DNA of 64,000 nt from contig CM052844.1 of assembly GCA_028534125.1 (NCBI GenBank), positions 13,206,001-13,270,000 on the forward strand, given 5' to 3'. The notes under the pieces are model-generated. The model was given only the letters and a program-made list of their open reading frames with translations. It was not told the DNA's origin and did no database searches. This document shows positions 1-13,200 of this stretch, in pieces. Within the stretch, counting starts at the first letter, position 1. The number at the start of each line of letters is the position of its first letter. This stretch comes from Lama glama. Lineage: Eukaryota. Position numbers and translations under genes: made by a program.

Positions 1-625
1 GAACACATCGCCACAGTTTCCCTAAGAAGGCTCTCTATTTGCAGAAAGAAAAAGGAAAGGTGTGCATAAATTTGCCAAGTATTTACAAAGCACACACCAT
101 AAGGCCGTGCTCAGGCCTGGGTTTAAATAGGAGATTGATTATGTGAGCAGACCGTGGACTGAGATGAAGTCCCAGATCTCAATGTGTAGTAGTTGTTTTT
201 GCTTTATTGGTGTTCTGCACGATCTTGAAAGATTTATTTAAGCTCTGGAAGTGGCATCTTTCTCTTCTGCAAATGAGAGACTGAAATTAGTACCCTATTC
301 CCTTCCTCACAAGGGAAGAAGTTAATTAGGATAAAGCTTGGGCAATTATTTGAGCTCTGCAGAGAAAGGTATACACAATTTCTTATAAATTCCTACAGGA
401 GAGACCATTATTATTAACCTATGTATTTTTTTCTCTACCTAGAAAGCGCCTCCAATCCATCTCTGCCGTCTTATTCTCCAGAATGACTTCCTTGATCTCC
501 CCTGGTTAAATGTGAATGTGCTTCTGTCTCTGACATTCACATGATTCCTGACCCTTGCAGGATGTATTTGTAACTGTAATGTGAATTTTATGATCTTAGC
601 AGGCCTTTCCCCTATGATCTATTAG

Positions 626-875
626 ATAGTATAAGTGGTTAAGCACTCAGGCTTTGTGAACAGAAAACAACTTGTCTCAGACTCCCACTCTGACACTTGC
701 TAATTCTGTAAACTTCTATAATTTAACTTCTTAAGCCCCAATTTCCTCAGCTGTAAAGTGGACATAATTAATACCTCTTTTATAGAACTTCTCTAAGAAT
801 TAATTAAGATGATATGCATAAAGCACCTTAATCGATCCAGCTACAGAGCAAGGGCCCAATAAATGAGTTCTATCA
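626..875 (+). mobile_element. MIR SINE
   Basis: gtggttaagcac...ccccaatttcctcagctgtaaagtgg...gcataaagcacctt...aataaatg, the MIR core pattern. Confidence 0.75.
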
Positions 876-1630
876 TCACTTTGGTAAAAGTATCAGAGGT
901 AGGGATTTTTCTTCATTGCTGTGTCCCCTAAAACGTATACTTGCGGGATAAGTGGTTACTAAAAATATTTAGCATTTTTGGTGTAGAGTGAGTGGTAATC
1001 ATAATATCATACAGTTTGAAAATGGCAGGGCTAGAATTTGAATCCAGGTCGTCTGATTCCAGATTTCCTGTAAGTAGTCACCACATCTTCTCCAGGCCAC
1101 TGGGGCCCTTATAAAGCAGCACACAGGTACGTCCAAGGACTCTCAAGAGTTCTGTCTCCACTGAGGCTTGTGGGGCTCCACTGGGATGGATGAGTCATCT
1201 GTGACAGCTCATGGACAACTCCATGCTCTGATGGGTTTCAAACACTGGACTCTGCCACTTATACTTGGCCCAGACTTTGGCCCTTGAAACTGGGAGGTGA
1301 TGCTGGGCATCCCCAGTGCAGGACTGTGTTTGTCCCAACACCCTGGGACAACTCAGCCGTCTAGCACATGGTGTCCTGAACCCTTGTTGCCCTGCACCCT
1401 TGTTGCCCTGGCCCTGGCCCATGTGGTAATGCCTGACCTGGTCCCCATGATGGGGACAGACTGTTCTAGCATTTTTTCCTCCATGGATTGGAAGCTAAAA
1501 TGTAATACTATTATTTCTCAAATCTCCATGCTACTAGAGGTGAGCTCGCATATTCATTGACTTGTGTGTGCAGAAAAAATAGACTCAAAGTGACATACAT
1601 GGTTACGAATGTGCACTTAGAAACACGGCT

Positions 1631-1670
1631 GCACACACAGGCACACACAGGCACACACAGGCACACACGC
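1631..1670. repeat. Tandem repeat (GCACACACAG)x4
   Basis: Three perfect copies and one near-perfect copy of a 10-mer. Confidence 0.9.
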
Positions 1671-4600
1671 GCAGAGCCTTAGTCACATGGCAGATCCCTC
1701 TGGCGCAGCTGATCGCCTCTATTTCTGGCTTACTCTATAGGGACCTAGAGCAGAGGAGCTGGGATTAAGGGTTATTGAGAGGTGAAAAACTCTTCCGAGA
1801 GTTCACTAGTTGTATAATTCATGTGTACGTAGTTAGATGATTGTTATACGTGATGATGCAGCGCTGATCACTGAATTGAACGATCTTTGCCAAATCCTAC
1901 CAGAATTCCTACAGGCGTCCTTAAGTCTGGGGCACTCTGATACTCCTTGTATTTTACAAATACTCTGAGCATCTTATCCTCCTCTGAGCATCTTCTATCT
2001 TCACAAAGAGAAACTCGGGGAGTGGGTGATGACATCATTTTCCTGTTGGCCAAAACTGTTTTGGAATTCTTGATTGGAACAAAGCTGAGACATAAAATTT
2101 GAATTCATCACACGGTGCAAGATATGTTTGACAGTGCGTTTCTCAGTTTTAGGGAAGTTGTTTGAGATCCCTGGGAGCTAACTTTGGGAGGTAAGGTGGG
2201 AGGCAAGGCTGGGTAGCAACACTTAAAATTAAAAATAACCAGTGTGGACAAAATCTTGTCATTTTTCTGTGATGCTCACCAGATTACTTTGAGGCCAGGA
2301 TTCAAAGATGAGTTAGAAAAATATGCTTCTGGCCAGGCTAACATCACAGGAATAAAAGTATCTGGGCCCCCCAGGGTGTTTAATTTGAAGGGGATCAAAC
2401 AAAACTAAATATATAGAATCTGAAGTTTGTTAAAAATTGACAGCTTTTGTTTAGAGTTGTGCTCCTTTCCCTTTAGCTCTCTGCTTTTTCAAGTCAGTGG
2501 ATGACTCACTTTGCTTAGACTAGACTTACTTTCGGGACTTTTAAAAATTAACAGCAAAGCAGAAACATCACACCACGAGGTGGAGACCAGAGCGCTTCCT
2601 ACTCCACTGTGACATTCTATCTCCAGAGTGTCAATTACAGCTTAGGTTCTATCCACACTGGTCCAAGTCCCTGGCTTAAAATAATCTTTTTCCAAAATAT
2701 CCAAGCCATCTGGTGGGGAAGCAGACACCAGGCAAGCTGCTTTAAATGGAGGTGCTTTTCTGACCTTTTTTATTACTCCTTAAGTCAGAAATGATCGACT
2801 TTTGTGAAAGCCAATCATAAACTCGCCCCCTTATGTGACATGAGGTCAACAGACCCTTCTATAACTTGGCAGCAATATTAAAGTTAATAAGCATGATTTT
2901 GGATAAGAAAGATTTCATAAAGGAACTTTGCAATCATTATACACTCTGCTTGTTGCAACATCCAATATTTATCTTTGAGGACACTTCTGAATTTTTTAGT
3001 ATCACTTCATAATATACCATGATTTGTTAATTGTATTTTACGTCTGTAAGAGAGGAAAACTCATTGGCTGTACAAAATGAGTGTGAGTGAGTTTCAAGCC
3101 TAGAAAGGGAAACTTGACCAAACTTCTCCCAGATTTCAGTGCTTCTTCCAGTTTAATGTGCTTGTCCAGTTGGAGATGTGGGTGCCGCTGGTTTGGCTGG
3201 GGCCTCAGTTGTTCATTTCTGACAAGATCTCACAAATGCAGATGCTGTTGGTCTGAGGGCTGCTCCTTGAGCAGCAAAGATCTCAGAAAACATTCCTTGT
3301 TGAGGAGTTCTTATTAAAAATAAGTAATAAGAGGCACAACCTCTCAATTAAAACTTAGACACACGCTTGCTGGGATTCACGAGGTTCTGGGCTCTGGAAG
3401 TCATTAGGAGACCCTGTCCGGCACATTTCCACGTGCACAGCGCGTGGGATCGATTAGTGGGGGACTGGCCCAGGTGTGGTCTGCCCGGCGAACGGCCTGG
3501 GGAGTCCGCCTTTGTAGTTATTTCAGGTGTGGCTGCATCCAGCTTTTAAAACAATAAGGGCCAGGACGTGTGGTTTTAGGGGCATATGGTAACTTTGGGT
3601 GAGCACATAAATCTTCAATACGAGAGAAAAAAAAAAAAGGAACTCCTGGGTTTAATTAAGAAATTTGTTAGACACAAAAAACCCTGTCAGATATTTTGCT
3701 TTGATGTTAATTCTTCCACAAAAGTAGGGACTTGGGCATGATGAAGTTCAAGGCGGTTACCAAAGCAATGCAAACCATGAAAACAAAGAGCTCTCCCCGG
3801 GGGGGCCGCGAGGATTTTTCTCTCTGTTTGTGGTCATTACTAATTCTGCAGCGTACTGTGTCTGAGCGTGACATGCGAGGCCTAGACCTTCGTGTTTAAA
3901 TGTGCTTTTTTTGTATCAGGGGAGTTTTAATAATTCTTGATTGTTAGCTCAAGAAGGGTAGATGCAGGCTACCAAGGCTAGATACTCTGGAAGCACTGAT
4001 ACAAGAAAGCGTGCTCTTCATACATCTAGTCACCTACATGCTGATTAAAATAGTCTGTTACTTGGGGGAATAACGTTTCTGTCAGTGTCCTTTTGCCTGT
4101 TATCCGCAGGCAGGTATTCAAATTCCACTGCATCCATACATCCATTGTAATACCTTTGACTGTATTTGCTCAACTCTTTGAAGGTTAATGGACCACTGAG
4201 AAGAGCCTGATGAATGAGTGAGCTGGGAACACAACAGGGAAGAGGACAGCAGTGTTGTGGGACTGCTGCGGTGCAAGGGACTTGGGAGAAAATGCCGTTT
4301 CTGGGATGAGTTCCGTTGCTTCCCGGCCTCTTGTAGCTTCGCTGCTCCCTGTGACTGGCCGTGGGGTCTGTATCAAGCCACTTAACCTCTCCACGCTTCC
4401 TCTTCATAGTGATGAGCTTAGAATGATGCAGTTGACTAGTTTGTAACAGAAACTGGAATCCCCGTATGCTGTAAATTGCTTGGTATTAACAATAATTGCC
4501 TACAGATTTTTTCCAAGCCATTTACATGAAGAATCTTTGCAATATGAGGTTAAATTATAATGTGCCAATAGTCCATCGAAGTGGAACAGTATACGTCCGT

Positions 4601-5689
4601 ACACGGAGCTGACACACTTTGCCTGCTCAAAGCAAATGCGTTCCATTTCATATGTATGTTTTTGTCTATTTCAGGCTTACAGCTGTCCTGGCATTAGGAA
4701 ACCAAAATCTTTTTGACATATGCTTTTCTGTACACGTACATTGTGTCCTAGTGCTTCGGAAACCATGCATTGTGTCTCCCTTCCTGAAAAAGTGACGGAC
4801 ACATTCCTGTACAGTTGTGTGCAGCTGCGATGACACTATCGGAATTCTCGCGAACAAAGAAAGCTCTGTGCTGGAACGGAGCTTAAAGGAATGGCATTGA
4901 GCGTGAGGAAACTTGCCGGAATCCACCAAAAGGAGAAGTTGTATGAGCTAAATTTCAACCAAGAACAGTGTAAATAAACCGAGGTTGTATAGGATATATA
5001 AACCAGAGAGACAGCAGAGAGTGGCTAGAAATGTAAGTGACCTGGTCCAGGTTTCTAATCTGCCTTGAAGGACGTATGGTAGATGAAAGTGAGGTAGAGG
5101 CTGCTGGAAAGGTATTTTTGGCAAAATGTACAGTTTCTCCACTTTGGCCAGGAAATGAGTCAACCAACAAGACTTTATTATAAAATACCCAGTGGAAAGA
5201 GACTAAAGCATGGAAGAAGCACAAATCACAGTCTCTCACCTTGAGAAGCTCACAATGTAGTTGTTGAAATGAGAGAATCACCCAAAATGGACTCCCTGGG
5301 TAAGCTCATCCCTAGGTTGGAAATCAGTGGATTTCGCAAAAATATGCATCTTGAACGAACAGTCAGCTTGTCAGGAAGCGTCTCTTGCAGAGCCCGAGTT
5401 TCCAGGAGGTGAAACGTCATTTTCAGTTGTTCAGGGACTTTATCTAGTTTTTCACTGTAGTCCCGGCACCTGGAAGCTTTCCTTCTGTGTAATATTCAAA
5501 ATTTGTTGAATGAATGGGTTAATGAATACAAGTGAAAGTGTGCAGTATGAGTATAGTAAACGTGATCTGGGGTTTATGTTCAATGGCAATGATTCTCTTT
5601 TTCATCAGTTGGAATGGGTTGGGGTCTAAGAACACAGAAAGTAACAGCAGAGAAAACACGCAGAGATTTTTTTTTTGTTTAATGAGGTA

Positions 5690-6015
5690 AAAGGCAGTCT
5701 GGTGCCATCAGAGACATACGTCATCCCATGTTTCTGCTTTGCCATCCTTAGTATGTATGAATGTAGCCTTCGTCCTCATCACTACTGTCACCTCATGGCA
5801 ACAAGACGACGGTTGCAGTTGTAAATATCACATACTTTGGGCAGGGAAAAGGGGAATGAGGCAACAGAATGAGGGGAGGAAGGCTGACTTTTCTCCTACA
5901 GAGACTTTGTCCTTTATTTGTATCAGTTTCTCCTTCCCCGAGGATTCTTGCAGGCATTTTTCTTGTCCAGAACTGTGTTAGGAGGCTATTTCTAACTGTA
6001 AGGGAGGCTGAGACC
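5690..6015 (-). mobile_element. Old MaLR LTR fragment (MLT1J/K-like)
   Basis: ttctgctttgccatccttag...cctcatggcaacaaga...ccagaactgtg...ctaactgtaagggaggctgaga resembles reverse-strand old MLT1. Confidence 0.45.
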
Positions 6016-6504
6016 TTAAGAGGTCTGGCAACTTTCACCTTTGTCTCTCCTAAACCATTACCAAGTAAAGAATTCAATTAGATTTCTGGAGAGAGGCCAT
6101 GAGGGGTGAGAGAGAAGAGGTTAGGGAAAGTTCTGGGTGTCAGATGGCAAGTCAGTGGTGGAACTGGGATTAGAACTCAGTTCTGTCTGTCTCCAAGGCT
6201 TGCATACTTAACCTTTCCTTCTCCAGCTCTGTAGTAATGGGCAATTATTCAACCTCTTGTAAGACTTAGTTTCGGCTTTTTATATAATGGGATAGTTATA
6301 AATTCAAAGACTTTTTAAGGAATTAACAAAAATAATATTTATAAAATATTCAGCCACATACATACACACACACATATATGAAACGCACACAAAATTGAAT
6401 GACCACCATGTTGATATATGAAAATCAGAGATTTACATTGATACCAAAACCAGGTCAGATAATCACTTGTGTTAAGTGACACTGTCATTTTATTATAATC
6501 GCAA

Positions 6505-6876
6505 TGTATTTCTTCCATTAGATTTTATTTTTTCCATTTTTAATTGAAGTATAGTCAGTTCACAATGTTGTGTCAATTTCTGGTGTGCAGCATAATATTT
6601 CAATCATACATATACATATGTATATCTGTTTTCACATTCTTTTTTGTTATAGGTTGCTACAAGATATTGAATATAGTTCCTTGTGTTTTACAACATACAC
6701 TTGTTGTTTGTCTGGTTTTGTGAGGATTTCCTTGTGTTTCTGATTGTAAGAGATATTCTGCCAAAGTTCAATCGACATTTTGTGAGAATTGCTCCGTACG
6801 TAGATGTTGTTTGTGCTGTGTTCGTGGGAGAGGGTGAGCTTCTCATCCTTCTACTCCACCATCTTGGCCCAAAGCC
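6505..6876 (-). mobile_element. Bipartite L1 element: ~165 nt of L1 5' end fused to ~170 nt of L1 3' end plus A-rich tail, no ORF1/ORF2
   Basis: The minus strand begins ggctttgggcCAAGATGGtggagtagaagga (L1 5' terminus, YY1-type motif) and ends ...cacaacattgtgaactgactatacttcaattaaaaa, homologous to the L1 3' ends at 52365 and 62907. Degenerate flanking repeat tataatcgcaa (6494-6504) / tgtaattgcaa (6877-6887). Confidence 0.7.
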
Positions 6877-9800
6877 TGTAATTGCAAATTGATACACATC
6901 TTCACTGGAGTCAGGATGCTTGGCAAAGATAGCTACTTTCTCCAAGATTGACAGCATACTATTTGCCGGTCCCCAAAGCTGCAGCACTGGTTACGTGCAT
7001 GGGTAATAAGATTTGGATGAATGAAGTTCCCATTAGACTTTCTGGAAACACAGCAGGGTCTCTCGGAGTCCATCCTCATAGACATAGGAGATTTCTGCAT
7101 TTGTTAGCCTGCATCCTGCCAAGCCAGCTCATCTGAGCCAGGTGCAACCCCTCAACCTTGGAGTTATGCAATGGACTGTAGATTGCAAGGATCTATAAAA
7201 TTCAGGCATCAGCAAAGATGCCACATAAACTACGCTTGGACTCTGCAACGAATTCCAATCTCTGCCCAGGACACCACTAACATCAGGGCCACAGAACTAA
7301 CCCCAAAGCCGCTTTTCAAAATTCAGTTCATTTTCTAAAAAAGTAGACTGATGGTGGTTGTATAATAATATGTGCTAGCAATTTCTTTTTAAACAAAAAC
7401 ATATACCAGGGGAAAACTGAAAACTAGGATTTACAACATTACGTATAATTACAGAGTAATGACGCTGACGGGCCACCTGTGGCTCTCACGCTCCATAACT
7501 CATACACGTGACTTGACTTTCTGCTGCAGAAAGTCCTTCTTGCCTTATGCACTGTTTAAATATAAGGGGGGTTGTAAGCTGTTCAAAGAACTAGACATTC
7601 AAACTTCTTAGCAAGAGAACTCTATAGCATGTAGGTATATTTTTAACACAAATATACAATGTTTTAAATTTTTCCTCTAATATAAAAAATGATACTTTTG
7701 AAAAGGTGAAAAATATAGGGAAGCAAAAAGAAAAAATAGAAGGCAAAGTCTGTAATTTTTAAATAACCACTGATACTTTGATCTATTATTATCTAGACTT
7801 TTTTCTTATAAATGTATTGATTAGTACTATATATGTATATTTTAGCAACTACATTATAGATTTTTAAGAGCCTGGAATGATTGATTAACATGGTAAAGTG
7901 AATATTTTTACCGTCTTATTAAGTACTTCTTACTAATTGCAGCCATCAACTTGCAGTCTAAATAAACTAACTTCTAAAACAAGAGAATTAATTTATATTA
8001 CCACTTGAAAAAGAATGTTTATCATTTTTACACCTACAAGCACTAAATTTTTCATTTGATTTCATTTTAAACAAAAATTGGTACCTCTTTCATTTTTGGA
8101 AAATATTTGTTTGATTACTGGAAATCTACAATTTTCCCATGCACTTATTGACCAGTTATACATTGTCTTTTGCAAATTACCTGGTCCTGCCCTGTATGTA
8201 GTTTGGTGGGGAAGGTGAGTGGAAGGGTTTATTTGTTCCTTACCGGTTGGTAAGGCCAATTTCTGTAAAAGAATCATAAACCTTTGTCTTATTGCAAATG
8301 TTTTTCTCAGTTTGATGTTTGGCTTTCTTACGGTCATTTTCAGTCACAGGAATTTAATATTCTTACGCGTTCAAACCTCAGGGACATGGAAAGAATTACA
8401 AATGTAAACACTTAAGTAAATAAATCTTTCTAATCAGGACATTCCTAAAATAGTTCGGAAATGGGAGTGAGCATGTTTGTGTATGCAGGTGGCTGCTGGC
8501 TGGTGCTGGCCCAGCCTGGCTCCTGTGCCCCTAACAGGGTGGCCCGGTTACAAATGCATTTGCTGCAACTGCTTTAAGGAACGGTACCGCAAGATGCTTG
8601 CTGCTACCTAGAGACGGATAACCTTGCAAAGAACCCAGTCAGAGAGCGAGTTACTTAAAATAAAATGGGAGGAAGACTTTTAAGAGATGGAACATCTGTG
8701 ATAAACTCATTTTCCGTGTGAGCACCAGTGGAGATGCTTGTCTGGGTCGGCTGAACGGCATTTCTATAGCAGTCGAAAATTCATTTCGTTTCATTATCGG
8801 AACTGCTCAAGCACCCCGGTTTGGATCAGGAAACAGCTTCTTAAACCTGCAGGAAGCTCATTTACCCCCGCTGAGGCTCCAGCTCCCCATCTTATGGGAA
8901 GGGAGAGATGGCTTGCTTGCAAATCCTGGCAGATATAAATACATAGACATATCTCTTCCCTGATCCTATATATAAATATGATTTGTATCAAAGGAACGTG
9001 AACGTTTCCATCTCGAGCAGCCTCAATGTTATCTTTTATTCTGTTTGATTTGGGTCTGTTTCAAGGCTACTCTTCCAACCTTCTCATCGGTTAAAAATTC
9101 TGCTCTAGGGGCATTAGTAAACAGAGAAGTGCCTCTAAGGTGATGCACAGCGGGACAAAGAACAGAGCATCAATTCTCTCGACAACCAGCAATGAAGCAA
9201 GTTGGACGATTTTTCATACAACGAACGCTGACTGAGAAAACTTCTGAAGAATCCTAGATGGCATTTACAGATTCAGAACTAAATTAATAGAGAGGGAAAA
9301 AAAAATCCATGTAACTCAAAGCCTACCTGTTCTTTGACTGTGACACTCCTGGGCTCAAAAGCTTCAACTGCAAGCACATCCTTGGATCCTCCACATCAGA
9401 GAAGGAGCCAAGAAGTCCGTGGGCAGTGGGAAGAAGCAGACTAAGTGAGACGGGGAGGGGGCACACTGTTAGGGACGCGGGCGTGGAGGTTGGGATGGCA
9501 CACAGATGCTGGTGACAAAAGACATGCAGCCCGTTAGGGCAATTCTGTGTCTAGAGAGTGGAGTGGCAAGGAGGGAGTTATCACCCAAGACAGTCGACTA
9601 GCAGGTACTAGCATCCCAGGAATCAGGGAGGAAGCACTGCTGAGAAATCCAGACAGCTGGGCCCCACATCAGGGTGAGGGAGTTTAGAAAGGGGATTACT
9701 CCAAAGGGGAGTTTCACAGGGGGAACCCAGTGCAGGTCTCCATCTTTGGGTCACTGGCAGGAATAAGCCACCGTTCTTTCCCTGCCACCTGCCTTGGAAG

Positions 9801-10177
9801 GAGAACTGGGCAGGTCACTGAAGCAGGGACCCAGACCCTGAGAAACAAGTCAGGTCCCCATGAGAGACGGCTCCAAAGACTGCAGCAACCCCACGGCTGA
9901 GCGGGGGTGGGGGTGGGGGCAGCTCCGCAGAAGGGGCTTCTTGTCTTGGGCTCTGGCTCCTTCTGTTCATCCCAGTCAATGTAGGAGTGGTCTCACACCT
10001 CCAGAGTGTTACATCTGCAGGAGACAGAGAGAGATGGAGAGAGAGAGATGGAGAGAGTATGCAGCAGGGCTAAGGGCAAATCTATGTGATAATAATGTGG
10101 TCAATTTCTGCTACTTTTAAAGAGTTAAAATTGCAAATACGAAATAAATAGTATTTTATTAATTTTCAATGCCTGCT

Positions 10178-10180
<3 letters not shown>

Positions 10181-10218
<38 letters not shown>
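10181..10218. repeat. (GT)19 microsatellite
   Basis: Perfect dinucleotide run. Confidence 0.97.
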
Positions 10219-10221
<3 letters not shown>

Positions 10222-13200
10222 AAATTGAGCTCTCATGGAAAGCTGATTAACTCTTTCCCATGGAAAAGCCAGATCTGGGAGTTGGCAAGCAAGGGGAGAA
10301 GTGGCGGGCTAGGAATTAGAAGCCCAGTGTGGACAGGAAGAATTGTAGCACCGAGAGTCTTAGTTTTAAAGTCTTTATTTTGTTTACTTCGCTCCCTAAT
10401 CTACTTTAGTCTTCCGAGGGGTCTGCCTGTCGTGGCATGAGACCCACAGTGGGAGCTGAATTCATCCATGTTGCTGGACGGCAGGCATCGCAGGAAATCA
10501 GGGAAACTGGCTGTGTGCATCAGCACTCGAACCAGTTCAGGTCCAGGGGGAGAACTCCAGTGGGTCACAGACTGACGGAGGGGAGTGCCAATAGCAAAGC
10601 TGCGGCAGATGCCCTTGCCTGAGTATTTGCGGCAGAACACACTGTACGTGAAATGTTTCATGTGCATTGGTTCATTTACAGGAGCCCTTTGAGATGGGTA
10701 CCATTTACCACTTTTGCTCGCAGATTTCTCTGACCGGGAAGCTCACGGTCAGTACTGTACGCTGTAGACTGTCTCCCTGGTCTGCTGACATCGGTCACAC
10801 GTAGGGTGAGGTTCAGCCTGAAGGAGTCACTGCTGCACTGAAAGTGCAGGATCACACAGCTTGTCAACACAGGATATTTTATCTGAATTCCCCGACCTTC
10901 AACTGATTCACCTTTTGCCCGCGTGAAATTAGTAAAACGGCTACATTAACATTTCTTTTAATGCTCTTTTTTAAAGAGTACATTTTTAAGCACGGAAATA
11001 ATGCATTTAAATGTGCTCTCCAGAATGTGCATTTGTTTATAATAGGCCAAGAAAATTGCCAATGCAGAAGTACAAACTGTTTTAGACACGAGCAATTTTT
11101 GTACTTATGGTACTTATAGCAGCTTAAAATACACATTTTCGTGTATGTGGGCTGAGAAATGCATCTTTAAATGTTGACTTGTAATATCAACATATCAAAA
11201 ATTCCCATTAATTGCAAATGTATCTCAGTTACTATCTATTTCTTGAATTAGAATAATATCTACCTCATTTTAATGACCAATATAGAGCAATTCACACCCA
11301 CGTGATTCATAAGTAGGAAGCAAGACGGAAAAGAAATGTACAAAATCCTAAGTCTGTTACCTCCAAAGACAAACACCTTTCTTTTATGTATTAGAACAAC
11401 TGCACATGTAGTTTGATCTGAACAATAACCGTAGAGATGGGGAGAAAGAAAAATAGAACGGTAAGATGACAGGGAGGAAACAGAGATAGAATAATGGTGG
11501 GGGTTTGGAGGAATAACATGGATTAATCCACATGACAAATAAAAATGAATGATTTTTTGGCAGAAATACTTCATTAAGTTAGGGCTGTGCCTTTTTTTTT
11601 ACTCATTTATATTAGGCTTAAATGCCAGAAAAAAATGTTATTATTTTGCCTACTCCCATTTATTAAAATCATTTTTAAAATGTACTTCACAGACATCCAT
11701 CTGTCATATCAGGAAGTAAGCTAATTTTCTCTTTCTCTCTTTCTTTTTTTTTTTTCAGTACACTAGAAGAAATTAGATAAACGAATGCAATGTAATATAG
11801 TATACATTTTCTCCACTATGTAAGAATACATATACTTCTTAGAAAACTTTGAAATAAAGAAAAATAGAGGAGAAAAATCATTATTCTCAAAGAAAACAAA
11901 TCTTAACATTTTAGTGAATCTCCTTCCTTCCAGTCGGTTTTTGTCCCCCATAAGAACTTATGAGTTTAAACTAACATTTTTGCAAACACTGAAATATCCA
12001 GAGTTTAATCCTTATTAGGTACATTATTATCAGTTTTCTCCCAGATTGCAAAGAAGCAACAAAACACTTCAGGAAACTTTAGTTCATGCATCTTGTTCGA
12101 GTCCCACAGAAGTGATGTTTTAGCCTAAACTGAGTTAATTACATCCCTGCATCCCTCACTGCTTATGATGTGCCCAGCCACATGTGCGACAGAGCAGAGC
12201 CTCCATGTACTGTTCCCAAGTCTCTCTCCCAAGTGCATTGTAATGATGATGGAACCACAAAAGCAGCGTCAATGAAGAATGAACTTAATGTCTCAGTAGG
12301 TACCCGTTGGTTCCAAAATTGGAACATAATACATGGTAAGAATTTTCTTCCCTGGAGACATTAGCCAGTAATAGGTCTGTTCTGATTCCATTAGTTTAAA
12401 GGGTAAGTTGCTCCCTGCACCGCATTGTCTTTTACCAAAGATTGATGAGAAAACAGTCCAAGTGGAGGGAACGGTTGATCATTCCCTCGGAGAATCGGGT
12501 TCTAGGGGAGGAGACTTGCATCTGAGTGTGCACGTCCGAGCTTACCCTGCTTGAAGCCTGTGCTGTGTGGCTGCTTGAAGGAAGACTCGGGAGACCTCAG
12601 AAGTTCAGTACAGACCGTCAGTCTCTCAGCAGCCTGATCCTTGCTCTCTTGTCTCCAGTGGAACCAAGTGACTCCAAGCTTGAGGATGGAGAGTTTATAT
12701 TCATTATCGCGGGGCTGGTCTACAGACTCGAACTGTGCATACCTACTTGGGTATTAGCATTTGGCGGCTTCACACCCGAGGGGCCAACTCTATGCAAGAG
12801 GAGATAATGGGAGGCTTTCTAGTTTTGCCAGCTCTGTCCCAGAGTCACCGGTTTCTTCCCCAGGAAAGTGGTTTCCCTGCCTGATGTTCATTGGACTTTT
12901 TGCCTCGGGAAGCTGTTGTCACCTTGATCTTTCCAGACTATGTAACTCAGCACAGAACGTCATGCAAAGGTTCTCTCTGGATAGACTGCATGCGCTTGTG
13001 TCCTCTTCACACGTTGCCCAAGAGCTGGATGCTGACTTTCGGTCAGTCAGAGAACGAGGTTTTGCCCACTTCTCTGGGTTCCATTCTCTCTGCCTTAGTC
13101 ATGTCAAAGTCAGTGTCACCATCTCAGAAACCACCGCAAAGCATCTTAGCCATGGTAACTTTTTTGTTGCTGCCTTTCTTAAAAAATCATAGTCTGTATA

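Noticed and set aside
6688-6987. 99-aa minus-strand ORF overlapping the mini-L1
   Set aside because: It crosses the element boundary from flanking DNA into L1 5' UTR, so it is a chance open frame.
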